Made by a program: the position numbers and the translations under genes. A DNA stretch of 64,000 bases from Christensenellaceae bacterium (GTDB taxonomy: Bacteria > Bacillota > Clostridia > Christensenellales > SZUA-584): positions 2,484,744 to 2,548,743 of the forward strand of contig CAXXFB010000001.1 of the NCBI GenBank assembly GCA_963674545.2. The letters are read 5' to 3'. Below the pieces are notes generated by a model. That model was not told where the DNA came from, made no database searches, and saw only the letters and a program-made list of their open reading frames with translations. Shown piece after piece: positions 1-9,036 of the stretch (its first letter is position 1; every line of letters begins with the position of its first letter).

Positions 1-945
1 GGAAATAAAACAAAAGTTAAAGAAAACGAACTCAATGAAAATTTCTTTAAGAAAGAGTTTCAGACTCTTTGGAATTATATCAATCATAAATATGCTTACA
101 CTGTTGAATTCGACAGCAAGGAATTGATTGAAAAATCTATTGCCCATATTAATGATAAGCTATTCGTATCTCAGTTGCAGTATACAAGATCGATAGGGCA
201 ACAGAAGGATGATTTGAACGAACATGAGATTGAACGTGGGGAATCGTTTAAAACTGCAAAAACTAGAACCCAAACATTGAAACATTCAAAAGTAAACAGC
301 ATTAAATATGATTTAATTGGTAAAATTGCTGAAGGAACAGTACTGACTCGTAGATCTGTTGTTGCGATTTTAAAAAGGTTAACAATAGATAAGCTTGAGA
401 TGTTTAAAAATAATCCGGAAGAATTTATTTCAAAGGTTGTTAAGTTAATCAACGAACAGAAAGCCACAATGATTGTTGAGCACATATCATATAATCAAAC
501 AGATGGTGAATACGATAGCACCATATTTACTGCTGAGAAGTCCTCACAAAGTTTTGAAAAAGCTTTTCGTGCCAATAAACACATTCAAGATTATGTTTTT
601 ACCGATGGAACTGCTGAAAGAAGTGTCGAGCGGAGGTTTGTGGAAGACCTTGATACAGCTGAAGAAGTATGCGTATACGCAAAGCTACCAAGAGGGTTTG
701 CTATACCCACGCCAGTTGGTAACTATTCTCCTGACTGGGCAATCGCTTTTAATGAGGGGAGTGTAAAACATATATATTTTATTGCAGAAACAAAAGGGAC
801 TATGGATAGCTTAAATCTAAAACCTATAGAACAGGCGAAAATATCGTGCGCAAGAACGCTGTTTAATGAAATTTCTACTAGTAAAGTAAGATATCATGAT
901 GTCGATAGCTACCAAAGCTTGCTCAATATAATGAGCAGTATTTAG
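1..945 (+). CDS. Type III restriction enzyme Res subunit, C-terminal part (gene begins left of the window)
   Basis: The frame of ORF 124..945 stays open back to nt 1. It has a C-terminal PD-(D/E)XK-type nuclease signature 'SPDWAIAF...IYFIAETKG', as in type III Res C-termini. Confidence 0.5.
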   Translation, partial: GNKTKVKENELNENFFKKEFQTLWNYINHKYAYTVEFDSKELIEKSIAHINDKLFVSQLQYTRSIGQQKDDLNEHEIERGESFKTAKTRTQTLKHSKVNSIKYDLIGKIAEGTVLTRRSVVAILKRLTIDKLEMFKNNPEEFISKVVKLINEQKATMIVEHISYNQTDGEYDSTIFTAEKSSQSFEKAFRANKHIQDYVFTDGTAERSVERRFVEDLDTAEEVCVYAKLPRGFAIPTPVGNYSPDWAIAFNEGSVKHIYFIAETKGTMDSLNLKPIEQAKISCARTLFNEISTSKVRYHDVDSYQSLLNIMSSI

Positions 946-993
946 TAAGAAATATAAAGAATTATACGATAGATATTTAAGGAGTATTTGACA

Positions 994-1203
994 ATGAGTA
1001 AGACGGATTTAACTGCGCTTCAAAAATGGAACAACATACCTAAAGATATACAAAGAAAGATTTTAGACAATGTGTTTTGCTCGAATTGTTATGTAACTAC
1101 TATTGTTGACTATACAATGAGTGATGAAAAGCACGGGATTGTTATTAGAGGAAAATGTAAAAAATGCGGGAAAGATATTGCTCGTGTTGTTGAAAATGAC
1201 TAA
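994..1203 (+). CDS. Small zinc-ribbon protein (two CxxC pairs), function unknown
   Basis: The ATG at 994 lies 9 nt after AAGGAG (979-984). Motifs 'CSNC' and 'CKKC' are present. The TTG at 988 is an alternative start. Confidence 0.4.
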   Translation: MSKTDLTALQKWNNIPKDIQRKILDNVFCSNCYVTTIVDYTMSDEKHGIVIRGKCKKCGKDIARVVEND

Positions 1204-1221
1204 ATAGATTAAGAAAAAGCA

Positions 1222-1259
1222 GATACAAATAAGCACCGGAAACGGTGTTTTTTTGTATC
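1222..1259 (+). terminator. Rho-independent terminator
   Basis: Inner stem GCACCG/CGGTG and outer stem GATACAAA/TTTGTATC, with a T-run at 1248-1254. Confidence 0.6.
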
Positions 1260-1278
1260 CACACGAAAGGAGAGGTTC

Positions 1279-2943
1279 ATGGATTCACCTAAACAAAAAC
1301 CAAAAATGAGCACCCCAAAGACGCTTAATAAATCTGTTCGTACATTAGGCGGTGTAAAAAGTGGTGTAAGTAAATCAGTCAAGACTGCACACGAAGTGAA
1401 AAGAACACATCGAAAACTTACAGAACAAATGCCTGGTCAAGAAAAGTTTCATAGACCTGAAGAATACATGACTAATAAGGCTGCGGAGAAAACAGAATAT
1501 GCTGCCAGAAAAGCCGGTGGTAAAATCACTGGAAAAGCAAACGAGGCAATTCGAAGTAGAATCAAAAAGGAAGCTGGGAAACAGGCGAAAAAAGGAGTTA
1601 ATGCTTCTAAGCAAACAACAAAGGCAACAAAGAAGACAATCAAAACAACTAAGAAAGGAGTAAAGACAGCTGCAAAAACAGCGCAGAAATCAGCAAAAGC
1701 AGCAAGAAAAGCTGCAGTGGCTGCAAAGAAAACTGCAGTATTAGCTGCAAAAGTAGTTAAAGCGACGGTTAAAGCGGTGATTGCAGCTGTGAAAGCAGCT
1801 GTTGCAGCAGTAAAGGGATTAATTACTATTATTGCAGCTGGCGGCTGGATAGTTATCGTGATTATTTTAATCATAGCTGTAATCATGCTGGTGATCTCGT
1901 CGCCGTTTGGAGCATTTGCTAATGAGAGTGATGGCGAAATGCCTACTCTTTCCGAAGTCGTACAAGAGATAAATGGTGAATACACATCTGCTATCAATAA
2001 AATCATTATAGATGCTGGTGAAATCGATGAAATTATCATAGAAGGTGAAACAGCGTCATCAGGGTATTCGCCTTCCAATTGGATAGATGTTCTGGCTGTG
2101 TTTTCTGTTAAATCTACGATAAATGACAATCCGGATGAATATATGGATGTTGCTATCATGGATACAGAAAAGATAGAAGCGTTAAAGGATATATTCTGGC
2201 AGATGAATAGCATTACGTATGAGATTGAAGAGGAACCCGTACCTACCCCAGAACCAACGTCAAATCCTGCTCAAACTCAAGCTCCAGCATCGACAACTGA
2301 AATATCGCCAACGCCTGAACCAACTCCTGAAGTCATTAGAACACTTATTATAACTATGACGAGCAAGACATATATTCAGGGCTCGGAGATTTATAATTTT
2401 ACGGATGAGCAATATAAAGTTTTAGAAGAAATGATGTCCCCTCAGTACATTGCGATGTATATGGAGCTGTGCGGAATGGATACTTTCAACGGATTAACGC
2501 CTGAACAGCTATCCCATTTGATTAACGAGCTTCCAGAAGGAGAACTGGGTTCTGTGATCGTAGAGTATGCACTTACAAGACTTGGACATCCTTATTCACG
2601 TCAATTAAGAGGACAGGGGAACTATGTTGACTGCAGTTATTTCGCCAGATGGTGTTATCAGCAAGCAGGTGTTAGCCATTTTACTGCAGGTACAGCAGCG
2701 GAACAGGCGAGATACTGTGTTAATAATAATTTATGTATATCAAAAAGTGACTTGCAGATCGGCGACTTAATTTTCTGGTCATTTCATACAAACGGGCGCT
2801 TTATGGATATAACGCATGTTGGTATATATGCCGGTAATGGATATGTAATAGACGCAAGCAGCTATCGTGGCATGGTTGTGTATAGACCGATTTTTGGAGA
2901 ATCAAGTATTGTTGTTTGCGGGAGGCCTCACGTTTTGGATTAA
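1279..2943 (+). CDS. Conjugative-element cell-wall hydrolase: Lys/Ala-rich N-terminus, TM segment, C-terminal NlpC/P60 domain
   Basis: RBS AAGGAGAGG precedes the start. There is a K/A-rich low-complexity region, then a hydrophobic stretch 'GGWIVIVIILIIAVIMLVI'. NlpC/P60 motifs are 'VDCSYFARW' (Cys) and 'THVGIYAGNGYVIDAS' (His). Confidence 0.8.
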   Translation: MDSPKQKPKMSTPKTLNKSVRTLGGVKSGVSKSVKTAHEVKRTHRKLTEQMPGQEKFHRPEEYMTNKAAEKTEYAARKAGGKITGKANEAIRSRIKKEAGKQAKKGVNASKQTTKATKKTIKTTKKGVKTAAKTAQKSAKAARKAAVAAKKTAVLAAKVVKATVKAVIAAVKAAVAAVKGLITIIAAGGWIVIVIILIIAVIMLVISSPFGAFANESDGEMPTLSEVVQEINGEYTSAINKIIIDAGEIDEIIIEGETASSGYSPSNWIDVLAVFSVKSTINDNPDEYMDVAIMDTEKIEALKDIFWQMNSITYEIEEEPVPTPEPTSNPAQTQAPASTTEISPTPEPTPEVIRTLIITMTSKTYIQGSEIYNFTDEQYKVLEEMMSPQYIAMYMELCGMDTFNGLTPEQLSHLINELPEGELGSVIVEYALTRLGHPYSRQLRGQGNYVDCSYFARWCYQQAGVSHFTAGTAAEQARYCVNNNLCISKSDLQIGDLIFWSFHTNGRFMDITHVGIYAGNGYVIDASSYRGMVVYRPIFGESSIVVCGRPHVLD

Positions 2944-2953
2944 GGAGGAAAGA

Positions 2954-3664
2954 ATGAATTATAAGGGTATTTTTGTAGTGATGGCCATTTTGGCCTTCGC
3001 TGTGTGTACAGTTTTAGGAATTGTTTTTGATGTAAGGGACAATCAGAAAATGGGTATTGATTTGACAGTGAAACATAATAGTTCGGTTGGAGAAGAACAA
3101 TTTGTTGCAGAAATCCAAGGTAACAATCCAGTAAATGAAAAAGATCGTTCGGATGAGCCGGAACAAGAAAATGAACCAATTACAACTGAAACACCTGCAT
3201 CAACCGAAAAGATGCAGATAGATACTCCAACAGATAAAATTACACAGCCAGAGATTTTTGCTGAACTAACAATTAAGACTCACAAAAAGACAGGTAAGTA
3301 TACGATTATGCCTGATGTGAATGAAAAGGCGCTGATGAAAAATATTGGTTGGCTACCATCCTCTTCTTTACCTGGAGAAGATGGATTATGTGTTTTAATG
3401 GGACATAGAGATACTGATTTCAGTATACTTCAATATATAAAAGTTGGGGATGAGATAACAATTGAATATGAAGTGTCAAGTTGTGTCTATACAGTAACAA
3501 AAGTTGTAATTGTTGATAACGATAATGAGCTTAGGTTTTCTGTAATGTCAGGCTCAAATCTTGTTTTGGTAACTTGTTATCCATTTTACTATAAAGGATT
3601 TGCTCCAAATAAACTGGTAGTTTATTCAAAAATAAATAACGTTTTAAAAAAATTTATAATATAG
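2954..3664 (+). CDS. Sortase-family transpeptidase (membrane anchored)
   Basis: The ATG at 2954 follows AGGAGG (2944-2949). An N-terminal TM helix is present, with His motif 'LMGHRDT' and Cys motif 'LVLVTCYPF'. No Arg occurs downstream of the Cys (see findings). Confidence 0.65.
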   Translation: MNYKGIFVVMAILAFAVCTVLGIVFDVRDNQKMGIDLTVKHNSSVGEEQFVAEIQGNNPVNEKDRSDEPEQENEPITTETPASTEKMQIDTPTDKITQPEIFAELTIKTHKKTGKYTIMPDVNEKALMKNIGWLPSSSLPGEDGLCVLMGHRDTDFSILQYIKVGDEITIEYEVSSCVYTVTKVVIVDNDNELRFSVMSGSNLVLVTCYPFYYKGFAPNKLVVYSKINNVLKKFII

Positions 3665-3872
3665 GAAATCATAAAGTACTTAAGTTATTATATGAGTATA
3701 AAAATCAAATAATTATCTGATAAAGAATCAAACTATTGAAAATAGAAAATGACTGTTAAGAGTACTTGAGTGCCACGAGCGACTGTTTACAAAACATATT
3801 AAAGTTGAAAAAATATTTTTTAATAAAAAAAGAAGGATTATTCTAAAAGTTGTCGAATACTACAATAAATAA

Positions 3873-3888
3873 AGAAAACCGATTTTCT
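3873..3888. promoter_or_regulatory. Candidate LacI-family operator, site 1 (AGAAAACCGATTTTCT)
   Basis: 14 of 16 positions are palindromic around a central CG. The same motif recurs at 3991, 7719 and 9037. Confidence 0.4.
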
Positions 3889-3961
3889 TATTATATTATT
3901 AATAATAAAGATTTTAATAGTAGTTGTTTGGGTTTTATAACTGTTTTTATACGGAAAACAT

Positions 3962-5314
3962 TTGAAATCAATTAATTTTTATCGGCAGAAAGAAAAACGG
4001 TTCTCTAAACAATGGTTGAAAGGTCAGAATTTAAATATGTTATCAAGTAAAGATAAAGAATACCTAAGAAGTCTTGCGAAAAAAGTGAGAGAGATTTCTC
4101 AAGATCCGATTTGGGAGGAAAAAAAGGACCTATGGAAGAAAAAGAATTCATTGGTTAAAACAAGGCCGTTAGTTCTATGCTCACTGCCAGAAGAAGTATG
4201 GCCTGAAATTATTCCGCAAAGTGAAATAAAAATTGAGGATTCGTTTTATAGAGATTTTGAATGGTATTTTTTAAAACAAATATACAGATGGAGTAATATC
4301 AAGGATGATGAGATAATCACTGATAAAATTTATATACCAATAGTATATGAATTTAACGATTGGATTGAGAATAGAGAAAGACCATATAGCGGTGATGGAA
4401 AAAAAGCAATGGCATTTCATCCAGTCATTCACGAGTATAACGATTTAAGAAAACTTAGAAAGCCTCAATTAAAGTTTATTGACTATGAAGAAACTGAGCA
4501 AAAACTTGAGATGGCAAATAATATCTTTGGAGATATATTAACTATCATAAAAGGAAGACCATTTTCTTCAGACACAGATAATAATGTAACTGGGTGGGGG
4601 CTTAGTGCAATTGATTTGCTATGTGAATTGAGGGGTATGGAAAATATTTTTTATGATATGGTTTTAGAGCCATCTTTTGTTCATGAAGCAATGGAATTTA
4701 TTACTGACGGATTGATTCATTACTTATCAATATTAGAATCAGAGGGATTACTTTTTCTTAATAATAATGAGTTTATCGATCATTCCAATACTCCACTTGG
4801 CTCCAATGGACTGGCGATAACTGATAAACTGCCAGGATCAAATTATGACTCTAACAATATAAAGTTAACAAATATATGGGGTTATTTAATGGCTCAAGAA
4901 TTTTCTGAAGTATCGCCGGATATGCACAAAGAATTTGTATTAAACTATCAAAAACCAATAGGTGATAAATTTGGATTAACAAGTTACGGATGTTGTGAAC
5001 CAAATGATAAAAAGTGGGACAATATCTTTAATACATTCCAAAACTTGAGAGAATTATCAGTAAGTCACGTTGCTGACTTACTAGTTGCTGCTGAAAAAAT
5101 AAAAGATAAATATGTTTTATCATGGAAACCTAGATGTACGATTATAAATGAAAATAATGAAGTGATAGAGAAAGAAATGAAGAAAAGTCTCGAAATTTTA
5201 AAGGATTGCCACGCAGTGATTTGTTTAAGAGATAATCTAACATTATTCGGGGATCCTGAAAAAGCAGGAAATTGGACAAAAATAATGATGAAAGCATCGG
5301 AAAAGTACATATAA
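3962..5314 (+). CDS. Uncharacterised protein, paralogue 1 of a tandem pair (possible URO-D/MtaA-like TIM-barrel fold)
   Basis: It is clearly homologous to ORF 5353..6678, sharing 'SP.MHKEF', 'YGCCEP' and 'DKYV.S.KP'. The likely true start is the ATG at 4037 ('MLSSKDKEY'), because an operator-like site lies at 3991-4006. Confidence 0.6.
   Translation: MKSINFYRQKEKRFSKQWLKGQNLNMLSSKDKEYLRSLAKKVREISQDPIWEEKKDLWKKKNSLVKTRPLVLCSLPEEVWPEIIPQSEIKIEDSFYRDFEWYFLKQIYRWSNIKDDEIITDKIYIPIVYEFNDWIENRERPYSGDGKKAMAFHPVIHEYNDLRKLRKPQLKFIDYEETEQKLEMANNIFGDILTIIKGRPFSSDTDNNVTGWGLSAIDLLCELRGMENIFYDMVLEPSFVHEAMEFITDGLIHYLSILESEGLLFLNNNEFIDHSNTPLGSNGLAITDKLPGSNYDSNNIKLTNIWGYLMAQEFSEVSPDMHKEFVLNYQKPIGDKFGLTSYGCCEPNDKKWDNIFNTFQNLRELSVSHVADLLVAAEKIKDKYVLSWKPRCTIINENNEVIEKEMKKSLEILKDCHAVICLRDNLTLFGDPEKAGNWTKIMMKASEKYI
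3991..4006. promoter_or_regulatory. Candidate LacI-family operator, site 2 (AGAAAAACGGTTCTCT)
   Basis: It shares 14 of 16 positions with site 3 at 7719 and lies just upstream of the ATG at 4037. Confidence 0.4.
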
Positions 5315-5352
5315 CTCATGTGAGCTATTAATTTATTAAAGATTGGAAGGTA

Positions 5353-6678
5353 ATGATATTGTCAAGCTTATTTGTAGATACTCCGTATCTTATATTTCAG
5401 AATCATGAAACACAAAATGATGCAAATCTAAATATAAACGATAGCGATATCGAAGTACTTCGAGAGCTAGCGAAACATTATGCTGAAATAGCAAACGACC
5501 CTATCAACGATCAACGTAAAGAAATGTGGCGTCGGCTCAATGATCTTGAGACAATTAGGCCACTTATATGGATGAACGAAGTTTGCTGGAACGAAATGAA
5601 TGTTGAAGATGAGTTAACTCTAAGAACAAATAATATAGTTTGTCAACGAATCGAAACTGAAATGCGTCGGACAATTTACCAGTGGAAACATATGCAGGGA
5701 GACATGATTGTGGAGAAAGAGTTCTTTGCTCCATTCATTTTAAACAATACTGGTTTTGGGATTTCTGTAGAAGCAGAAGTACAAGAATTGGAAGAAGATC
5801 GAGAGATTGCTTCACGACATTTTCATAATCAAATAATTACAGAAGAAGATATTGAAAAAATCGAATCTCCAAAAATCAGTATTAATCAAGATAGAACGAA
5901 TGATTTTTTTACAGCTTACCAGACCATATTCGATGGTATTCTGCCAGTAAGACAGAGAGGATGTACAGGATTTTGGTTTGCGCCATGGGACGACATTGTT
6001 TTCTGGATGAATGCGGACAATGTGCTATTAAATTTAGCGACTGAACCTGAGCTAATGCATAAACTAATCAAGAAGACGATGCAAGTATATATTGAAGGGA
6101 TTAAACAATTTGAGGAACTCGGTCTGCTTGCAAGAAACGATATTAATGTACGCATCGGTTCGGGTGGATACGGTTACACAAAAGATCTCCCAGGAGACGA
6201 TTACGATGAGAACTATATTAAAACAAAGAATCTATGGGGCTCAGCAACACCGCAGATATTTGGATCGGTTTCTCCGCATATGCATAAAGAATTTGGTGTA
6301 GATTATGAAATAGAATGGCTGAAAAAATTTGGTCTTGCATATTATGGATGCTGTGAACCATTACATAACAAGATAGGTATAATATCAGAAATTCCGAATT
6401 TAAGGAAAATCTCGATCAGCCCATGGGCGGACGAGAAGGTAGCGGCAGAGCTTATGCAAGATAAATATGTCGTTTCGCTTAAACCTTCACCCTCGGTATT
6501 TGCATCACCTTATTTCAATGCTGACGAGGTAAAAAAAGAGCTAAAAACTAAACTTAACAACACGAAGAGATGCAACGTGGAAATCATACTCAAGGATATC
6601 AGTACAGTTCGTTTTGAGCCTAAAAGACTGTGGCAGTGGGCTGATATTGCCAGCGAAATTGTTAATGAATACGATTAG
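5353..6678 (+). CDS. Uncharacterised protein, paralogue 2 of the tandem pair
   Basis: RBS GGAAGG precedes the ATG. It has full-length similarity to the upstream gene. The fold assignment is only a weak impression. Confidence 0.6.
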   Translation: MILSSLFVDTPYLIFQNHETQNDANLNINDSDIEVLRELAKHYAEIANDPINDQRKEMWRRLNDLETIRPLIWMNEVCWNEMNVEDELTLRTNNIVCQRIETEMRRTIYQWKHMQGDMIVEKEFFAPFILNNTGFGISVEAEVQELEEDREIASRHFHNQIITEEDIEKIESPKISINQDRTNDFFTAYQTIFDGILPVRQRGCTGFWFAPWDDIVFWMNADNVLLNLATEPELMHKLIKKTMQVYIEGIKQFEELGLLARNDINVRIGSGGYGYTKDLPGDDYDENYIKTKNLWGSATPQIFGSVSPHMHKEFGVDYEIEWLKKFGLAYYGCCEPLHNKIGIISEIPNLRKISISPWADEKVAAELMQDKYVVSLKPSPSVFASPYFNADEVKKELKTKLNNTKRCNVEIILKDISTVRFEPKRLWQWADIASEIVNEYD

Positions 6679-6681
6679 CTA

Positions 6682-6701
6682 TGAAAATCGAACTGTTTTC
6701 A
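6682..6701. promoter_or_regulatory. Inverted repeat TGAAAATCGAACTGTTTTCA (weaker operator-like site)
   Basis: TGAAAA/TTTTCA arms sit upstream of the epimerase gene. The left half matches the GAAAATCG half-site of the other operator candidates. Confidence 0.25.
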
Positions 6702-6887
6702 AAAGATAAATAGACAGGACTATGTAACTGGATTTGAGCAGAGAAACAGTATGTCTGAAGGCCGAAATGAGAAAGGTTACAGAGGATAGAAAAACGGGAG
6801 AATATAATTTTATTATAGGAATGAGATCCTTAGTAGTAATAAAGAAATTGAGAGCTATGTAAACGATTTGATGTAGGAGTTTTGAGT

Positions 6888-7616
6888 ATGTCGATATTAA
6901 TTTCACCATCTATGATGTGTGCAGATCTGATTGAACTGGCAAAGGATATCACTAGCTTAGAAAAAGGTGGAGCAGATTACCTTCATTTTGATGTAATGGA
7001 CGGTACTTTTGTACCCAATTATACGCTTGGCACTGATTTAATTAAAAGAATACGGAAGTATACACGAATACCTTTTGATATCCACCTGATGGTTGAACAT
7101 CCAGAATTTAAACTGGGGTATTTTGAATTTAATGAGGGGGATATGGTCTCTGTACATTATGAATCAACACCACATATTATGCGGGTTATTAATCAGATTA
7201 AAAAAATGGGCCTAAAGGCTTGTGTTGCACTGAATCCTGGGAGCCCGATTTGTTTATTAAATGACCTGATTTATGAGGTAGATGCTGTATTAATAATGAC
7301 AGTCAACCCTGGGTTTGCAGGTCAAACTCTTATAAATTCGACTATTAGTAAAATTAAGCAATTAAAAAGCATATTGAAGGAAAAAGGTCTGGAGCATGTA
7401 TTAATTGAGGTGGATGGTAATGTGAGCTTTGAGAATGCAATAGTAATGAAAAATGCAGGGGCAGATATATTTATTGCTGGGTCTTCAAGTGTATTTGGAT
7501 ATAAAGAAGGAATCGTACCGTCAACTGCTATCGTTCGTAAAAACAATGTTGTAATGTACCGGCAGAACCGTTACTGTATGCCCAAGGGAACCTATGAGCC
7601 GGGAAAAAGGGATTGA
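6888..7616 (+). CDS. Ribulose-phosphate / D-allulose-6-phosphate 3-epimerase family
   Basis: The ATG at 6888 lies 8 nt after AGGAG (6875-6879). Motifs are 'HFDVMDG', 'DIHLMV', 'MTVNPGFAGQ' and 'EVDGN'. Confidence 0.85.
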   Translation: MSILISPSMMCADLIELAKDITSLEKGGADYLHFDVMDGTFVPNYTLGTDLIKRIRKYTRIPFDIHLMVEHPEFKLGYFEFNEGDMVSVHYESTPHIMRVINQIKKMGLKACVALNPGSPICLLNDLIYEVDAVLIMTVNPGFAGQTLINSTISKIKQLKSILKEKGLEHVLIEVDGNVSFENAIVMKNAGADIFIAGSSSVFGYKEGIVPSTAIVRKNNVVMYRQNRYCMPKGTYEPGKRD

Positions 7617-7687
7617 ACATTTAAGAATGTTGCTAAACAGTGCATCATAGTTGTGAATCGAAAAAAATTATAATGAATAAATATATG

Positions 7688-7716
7688 TTGATTTTATTTT
7701 GTAAGTGTTATATAAT
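7688..7716 (+). promoter_or_regulatory. Sigma-70-type promoter of the LacI gene
   Basis: -35 TTGATT (7688-7693), a 17-nt spacer, and -10 TATAAT (7711-7716). Confidence 0.5.
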
Positions 7717-7718
7717 TA

Positions 7719-7734
7719 GGAAAATCGGTTCTCT
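7719..7734. promoter_or_regulatory. Candidate LacI-family operator, site 3 (GGAAAATCGGTTCTCT), autoregulatory position
   Basis: It starts 3 nt downstream of the predicted -10 box and has the same motif as sites 1 and 2. Confidence 0.45.
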
Positions 7735-7790
7735 AAATTCTGTTTAGAAGAAGGATTCAAAAAACTGATTATAGAAATTAATGGTGTTCA

Positions 7791-9023
7791 ATGAAAACGA
7801 TTCAAGATGTAGCAAAAAAAGCAGGAGTTGCTAAAAGTACAGTTTCTTATTATTTAAACAATACAAAAAAACTGAAGAAAGAAACTGAAGAACGTATTGA
7901 AAAGGCAATCAAAGAGCTTAACTATAATCCTAGGCACGTTGCTAGAAGTCTTCGCACAAAGCAGTCTTTGACAATTGGTATCATTGTACCCGAGATTTCA
8001 AACTATTTTTTTACTGAAATAATCCGAGGTATTGAGGAAACAGCATATAAAAGTGGATTTAGTATTATTCTTTGCAATACAAATGAAGACGCTGTTTCTT
8101 ATTATTTAAACAATACAAAAAAAGAGAAAGAAACTGAAGAACGTATTGAAAAGGCAATCAAAGAGCTTAACTATAATCCTAGGCACGTTGCTAGAAGTCT
8201 TCGCACAAAGCAGTCTTTGACAATTGGTATCATTGTACCCGAGATTTCAAACTATTTTTTTACTGAAATAATCCGAGGTATTGAGGAAACAGCATATAAA
8301 AGTGGATTTAGTATTATTCTTTGCAATACAAATGAAGACGCTGAAAAAGAGAGAAGGTATCTTGAGGTTTTATTTAGTAAAGATATTGATGGTTTGGTGT
8401 TTATAAGCACAGGTATGAACCAAAACATATTGAGTAAGTATGATGAATTGCCGATAATAGTTGTTGACCGTAAAGTTGGAAATATAAACAGTATGGTGCT
8501 AGTTGACAATGTTGAAGGTGGGTATATTGCTACAAAATTTCTTTTGGAAGAGAAAGGTTATCCAATCCATTATTTATCAGGGCCACTAACGATTAGCACT
8601 TACTTTGATCGGTTAAATGGATATATGAAAGCATTAAAAGAAAAAAATTATGACTACAATGAGTCTTTTATTAATCAGTGTGACTTAAGTATAATTAGCG
8701 GTTATGAAACAATGATTAATATTATTGATAGAGAACCGAACGTGAAGGCTGTATTTGCTGCTAATGATATCCTTGCAATTGGAGCATTAAAAGCGTTACT
8801 ATCAAAAGGAAAAAAAGTTGGTGATGAAATATTCCTTATGGGATATGATGATATTGATACGGCAGCTATGGTTACACCTGCGTTATCCACAGTTGCACAG
8901 CCGAAATATACAATGGGTGTAACTGCAGCTGAATTACTTATTGAACAGATTAAGGGTAAAACTCAGTTAAATAAAAGGATTGTTTTAAAACCAGAGTTAA
9001 TTATTAGGGAGTCAGCAAAATAA
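7791..9023 (+). CDS. LacI-family transcriptional regulator carrying an internal in-frame tandem duplication
   Basis: N-terminal HTH 'IQDVAKKAGVAKSTVSYYLN', hinge 'YNPRHVARSLR' and a periplasmic-binding-like sugar domain. An 83-84-aa block ('VSYYLNNTKK...CNTNEDA') is present twice. Confidence 0.85.
   Translation: MKTIQDVAKKAGVAKSTVSYYLNNTKKLKKETEERIEKAIKELNYNPRHVARSLRTKQSLTIGIIVPEISNYFFTEIIRGIEETAYKSGFSIILCNTNEDAVSYYLNNTKKEKETEERIEKAIKELNYNPRHVARSLRTKQSLTIGIIVPEISNYFFTEIIRGIEETAYKSGFSIILCNTNEDAEKERRYLEVLFSKDIDGLVFISTGMNQNILSKYDELPIIVVDRKVGNINSMVLVDNVEGGYIATKFLLEEKGYPIHYLSGPLTISTYFDRLNGYMKALKEKNYDYNESFINQCDLSIISGYETMINIIDREPNVKAVFAANDILAIGALKALLSKGKKVGDEIFLMGYDDIDTAAMVTPALSTVAQPKYTMGVTAAELLIEQIKGKTQLNKRIVLKPELIIRESAK
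7842..8342 (+). repeat. Direct tandem duplication (252 nt + 249 nt) inside the LacI gene
   Basis: Copy 1 is 7842-8093 and copy 2 is 8094-8342. By eye they are identical except 'ctgaag' versus 'gag' after the A-run, which gives LKKE versus EKE. Confidence 0.9.
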
Positions 9024-9036
9024 TTTTTTACCAAAT

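Noticed and set aside
1449-2213. 254-aa ORF on the minus strand.
   Set aside because: It is entirely antisense to the Lys/Ala-rich and TM region of the NlpC/P60 gene. Its Ala/Phe-rich low-complexity translation is a mirror of GCx/AAR codon runs, so it is a shadow ORF.
3962-4036. TTG start at 3962 for the first paralogue.
   Set aside because: It has no RBS, the N-terminal 25 residues are not matched in the paralogue, and an operator-like site (3991-4006) lies inside this stretch. The ATG at 4037 is more plausible.
6682-6701. Catabolite-responsive element (cre) for CcpA.
   Set aside because: The spacing to the central CG is one nt too long for TGNAANCGNTNNCA. It is treated only as a weak relative of the locus-specific operator motif.
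8252-8509. 85-aa minus-strand ORF inside the LacI gene.
   Set aside because: It is antisense to a well-supported regulator gene and partly lies within the duplicated segment, so it is a shadow ORF.
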